Assembly: GCA_965113315.1 (NCBI GenBank)
Contig: OZ220367.1
DNA: 64,000 nt
Strand: one strand, 5' to 3'
DNA from: Podarcis vaucheri
Lineage: Eukaryota
The notes below the pieces were generated by a model, which saw only the letters and a list, made by a program, of their open reading frames with translations, was not told the origin of the DNA and searched no databases. Positions within the stretch are counted from its first letter, which is position 1, and every line of letters starts with the position of its first letter. The position numbers were made by a program, and so were the translations under genes. Below are positions 61,926-64,000 of this stretch, one piece after another.

Positions 61926-63948
61926 CATTAAAACTTTGCTAGGCTTAGATGGGGGAGGGGATAAGATGCACATATTCTAATCCCAATTTGTCCCCTCATA
62001 GGGAGCTGCATGCAACTAAATCCTACACAGAGTAGACCCAGTGAAATCCATGAACCTAAGTTAGCCATGTCCATTAGCCTCAGTAGATCTACTCTGAGGG
62101 GGACTAGCTTTGAATACCACTGAAAGGTCCTTTAAGCTGAAAAGAAGCCTACCCCTTCATAATTTAAAGCAGAGGTACCTAGCATGCCCTCCAGGTGTTG
62201 AACTGCAGCTCACATCATCTCTAACCTTGTTCATGCTGGCTGAGGCTGACGTTGGGAGTTCAGCTTCATAGAATCATAGAGTTGGAAGAGACCACAAGGG
62301 CCAAGTTGGAAGAGACCACAAGGAACAACAGATTGGTTGTTCTTGTTCTTGGAGGGGGACGATTCTCAGAGAACACACATTCGATGATGTGATTTCTCCA
62401 ACTCCAATATCCTCCACCCATAGGTTCATTAAAACCAAAGGTAGAAATCTATGACCCACCAGACGTTGTTAGACTCTAATTTCATCAGTCCCAAGCAGCA
62501 TATCAATTGTTAGGGATGATGAGAGTTCAGAAACATCTGGAGGGCAACAGGTTCCATACCCTGCTTTAAGCTGCAAGAAGGGCATAGCTGCAAGAATCTT
62601 GTTCAGTATTGTGTACACTGACTGGCAACAGTTTTCCAAGGTTTCAGACAGGACTCTTTCCCAGCTCAGACTGGAAATGCCACAAATTGATCCCGGGACC
62701 CTCAAAACATCAGTTCTGCCAATGAACTGCAGCCATTCCCTAAAGAAGGGAAGCAAAAAACCCCTCCACTGACCATGGTGGTGGAGCGGGGAATTGGCCT
62801 CTGAAAACATGTTTCCCCTGAAGCCAGCTCCCATCACCCATGAAATTTGTACACAGGTCTTTAGTTGTTAACTATTCTATTCTTGACATAAGTGCCTCAG
62901 GATGTAGAGAGAAGGGAAAAGGGCATCTCCAAGGCCTTTTCTACCTTCTTACTGATTTGTCAGCAAAGAAGTACATATGGTATAATGCTTCTGTTAGGCT
63001 GCCATGTATGAAATGCTGTATTGTAAACCAAATACCTTTTAAAATTCATACTGCATCTGAAGGTGTAGAAAGGCCAAATGGTATTATTATGACCTACAGT
63101 GTCCTAGCCACTGAGCCAAGACAACAGCATGTACTATGTTCTCAACCAGTCTGCTAATAACAGTGAAATATAGCTGACCATACCATATACTGCTTCATCT
63201 ATATTCAGAAGAAGAGGTAGCAGGGGAATCTATCCTGCATTATTGCCAGATGGAAATTGGAACCACATTTAAGACAAGTATGAAAAACACCTCGCAAAAT
63301 TGCATGTTTAAGTTTAAGAGGACACACGATTGGAAGTCACTGACAAAGACCACTTCCAGGCTGTCGTTATTTTATAGGTGAGATTCAATCCCCTACTGGC
63401 AAATTTGAAGGGTGGGCAATTAAAGACGAGTTCATGCTCTTGCACAACAAACTTTCTTCTGTGGGAAACTTTGGGATATCAATCACTTGAGGCAATGTCA
63501 TATAACCTCCACATAAAGAAATCAAAATGAATGGTTACCAAAGAGTAGCTGTCACACAACCTTCATGCAAACTTTCTGGGGCTTCAGTGGTTTACAAGGT
63601 GTTTCTTAAAAGAAGCATTAGATTATCATCATGATTCAGTCTGAACCAAACACAGACAAAATTAAAACATGATCAATAATACCCTCTTATTTTCCTGTAA
63701 AAATTAGTAAGATTCTTCAGATCAGCAAATTTTGAATCTGCCGTAGCTCAGAAGTATAACCCCTATCAGTACACAAGTAAACACTATGCAGTTGCTAACT
63801 GTATTGCAGAACCTTGCTTTGCAAGGTGTAAATGGCAATATCTTCCACATCAGAACCTTGTGCAACCTTCACAAATCCAGGGTTGGTGAATGAGGCATTG
63901 GGTCCTTATGCCATTAGCACTAATTATGCTAATGTAGAGAAGAATGTA

Positions 63949-64000
63949 GGGGCGCGGGTGGCGCTGTGGGCTAAAGCCTCAGCGCCTAGGGCTTGCCGAT
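63949..64000 (+). mobile_element. Sauria SINE 5' end (cut by window edge)
   Basis: GGGGCGCGGGTGGCGCTGTGGGCTAAAGCCTCAGCGCCTAGGGCTTGCCGAT differs from the 45080 copy at 2 of 52 positions. Confidence 0.9.

Overview
Vertebrate genomic DNA, almost certainly a squamate reptile: it carries Sauria SINEs and CR1/L2 LINE fragments, and a lacertid lizard is plausible but unproven. The window holds the 3' part of ARHGEF4 (Asef1, a Rho-family GEF) on the minus strand. Ten coding exons were traced by hand (ABR - SH3 - DH - PH - C-tail, 553 codons to the TGA at 7683-7685), all with consistent splice phases; the last intron uses a GC donor. The upstream exons were not found in the window. The 32-kb intron between the ABR and SH3 exons hides a 53-aa single-pass membrane microprotein ORF (SMIM39-like, 37840-38001, minus), too short for the ORF track. 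It sits in what looks like an internal first exon with further uORFs and a GTGAGT donor, suggesting a bicistronic transcript that could also make an ABR-less Asef. A second, unrecognised 61-aa tail-anchored-type ORF lies antisense at 28552-28737. Bases 1-~3850 look like the long 3' UTR of a convergent + strand gene (FAM168B by recalled human synteny only). The rest is intron rich in MITEs (Tc1/mariner-pogo type with TA duplications, hAT type with 8-bp duplications), SINEs, LINE fragments, a Penelope-like palindrome and a probable solo LTR. All calls come from reading the sequence by eye; no database search was run.
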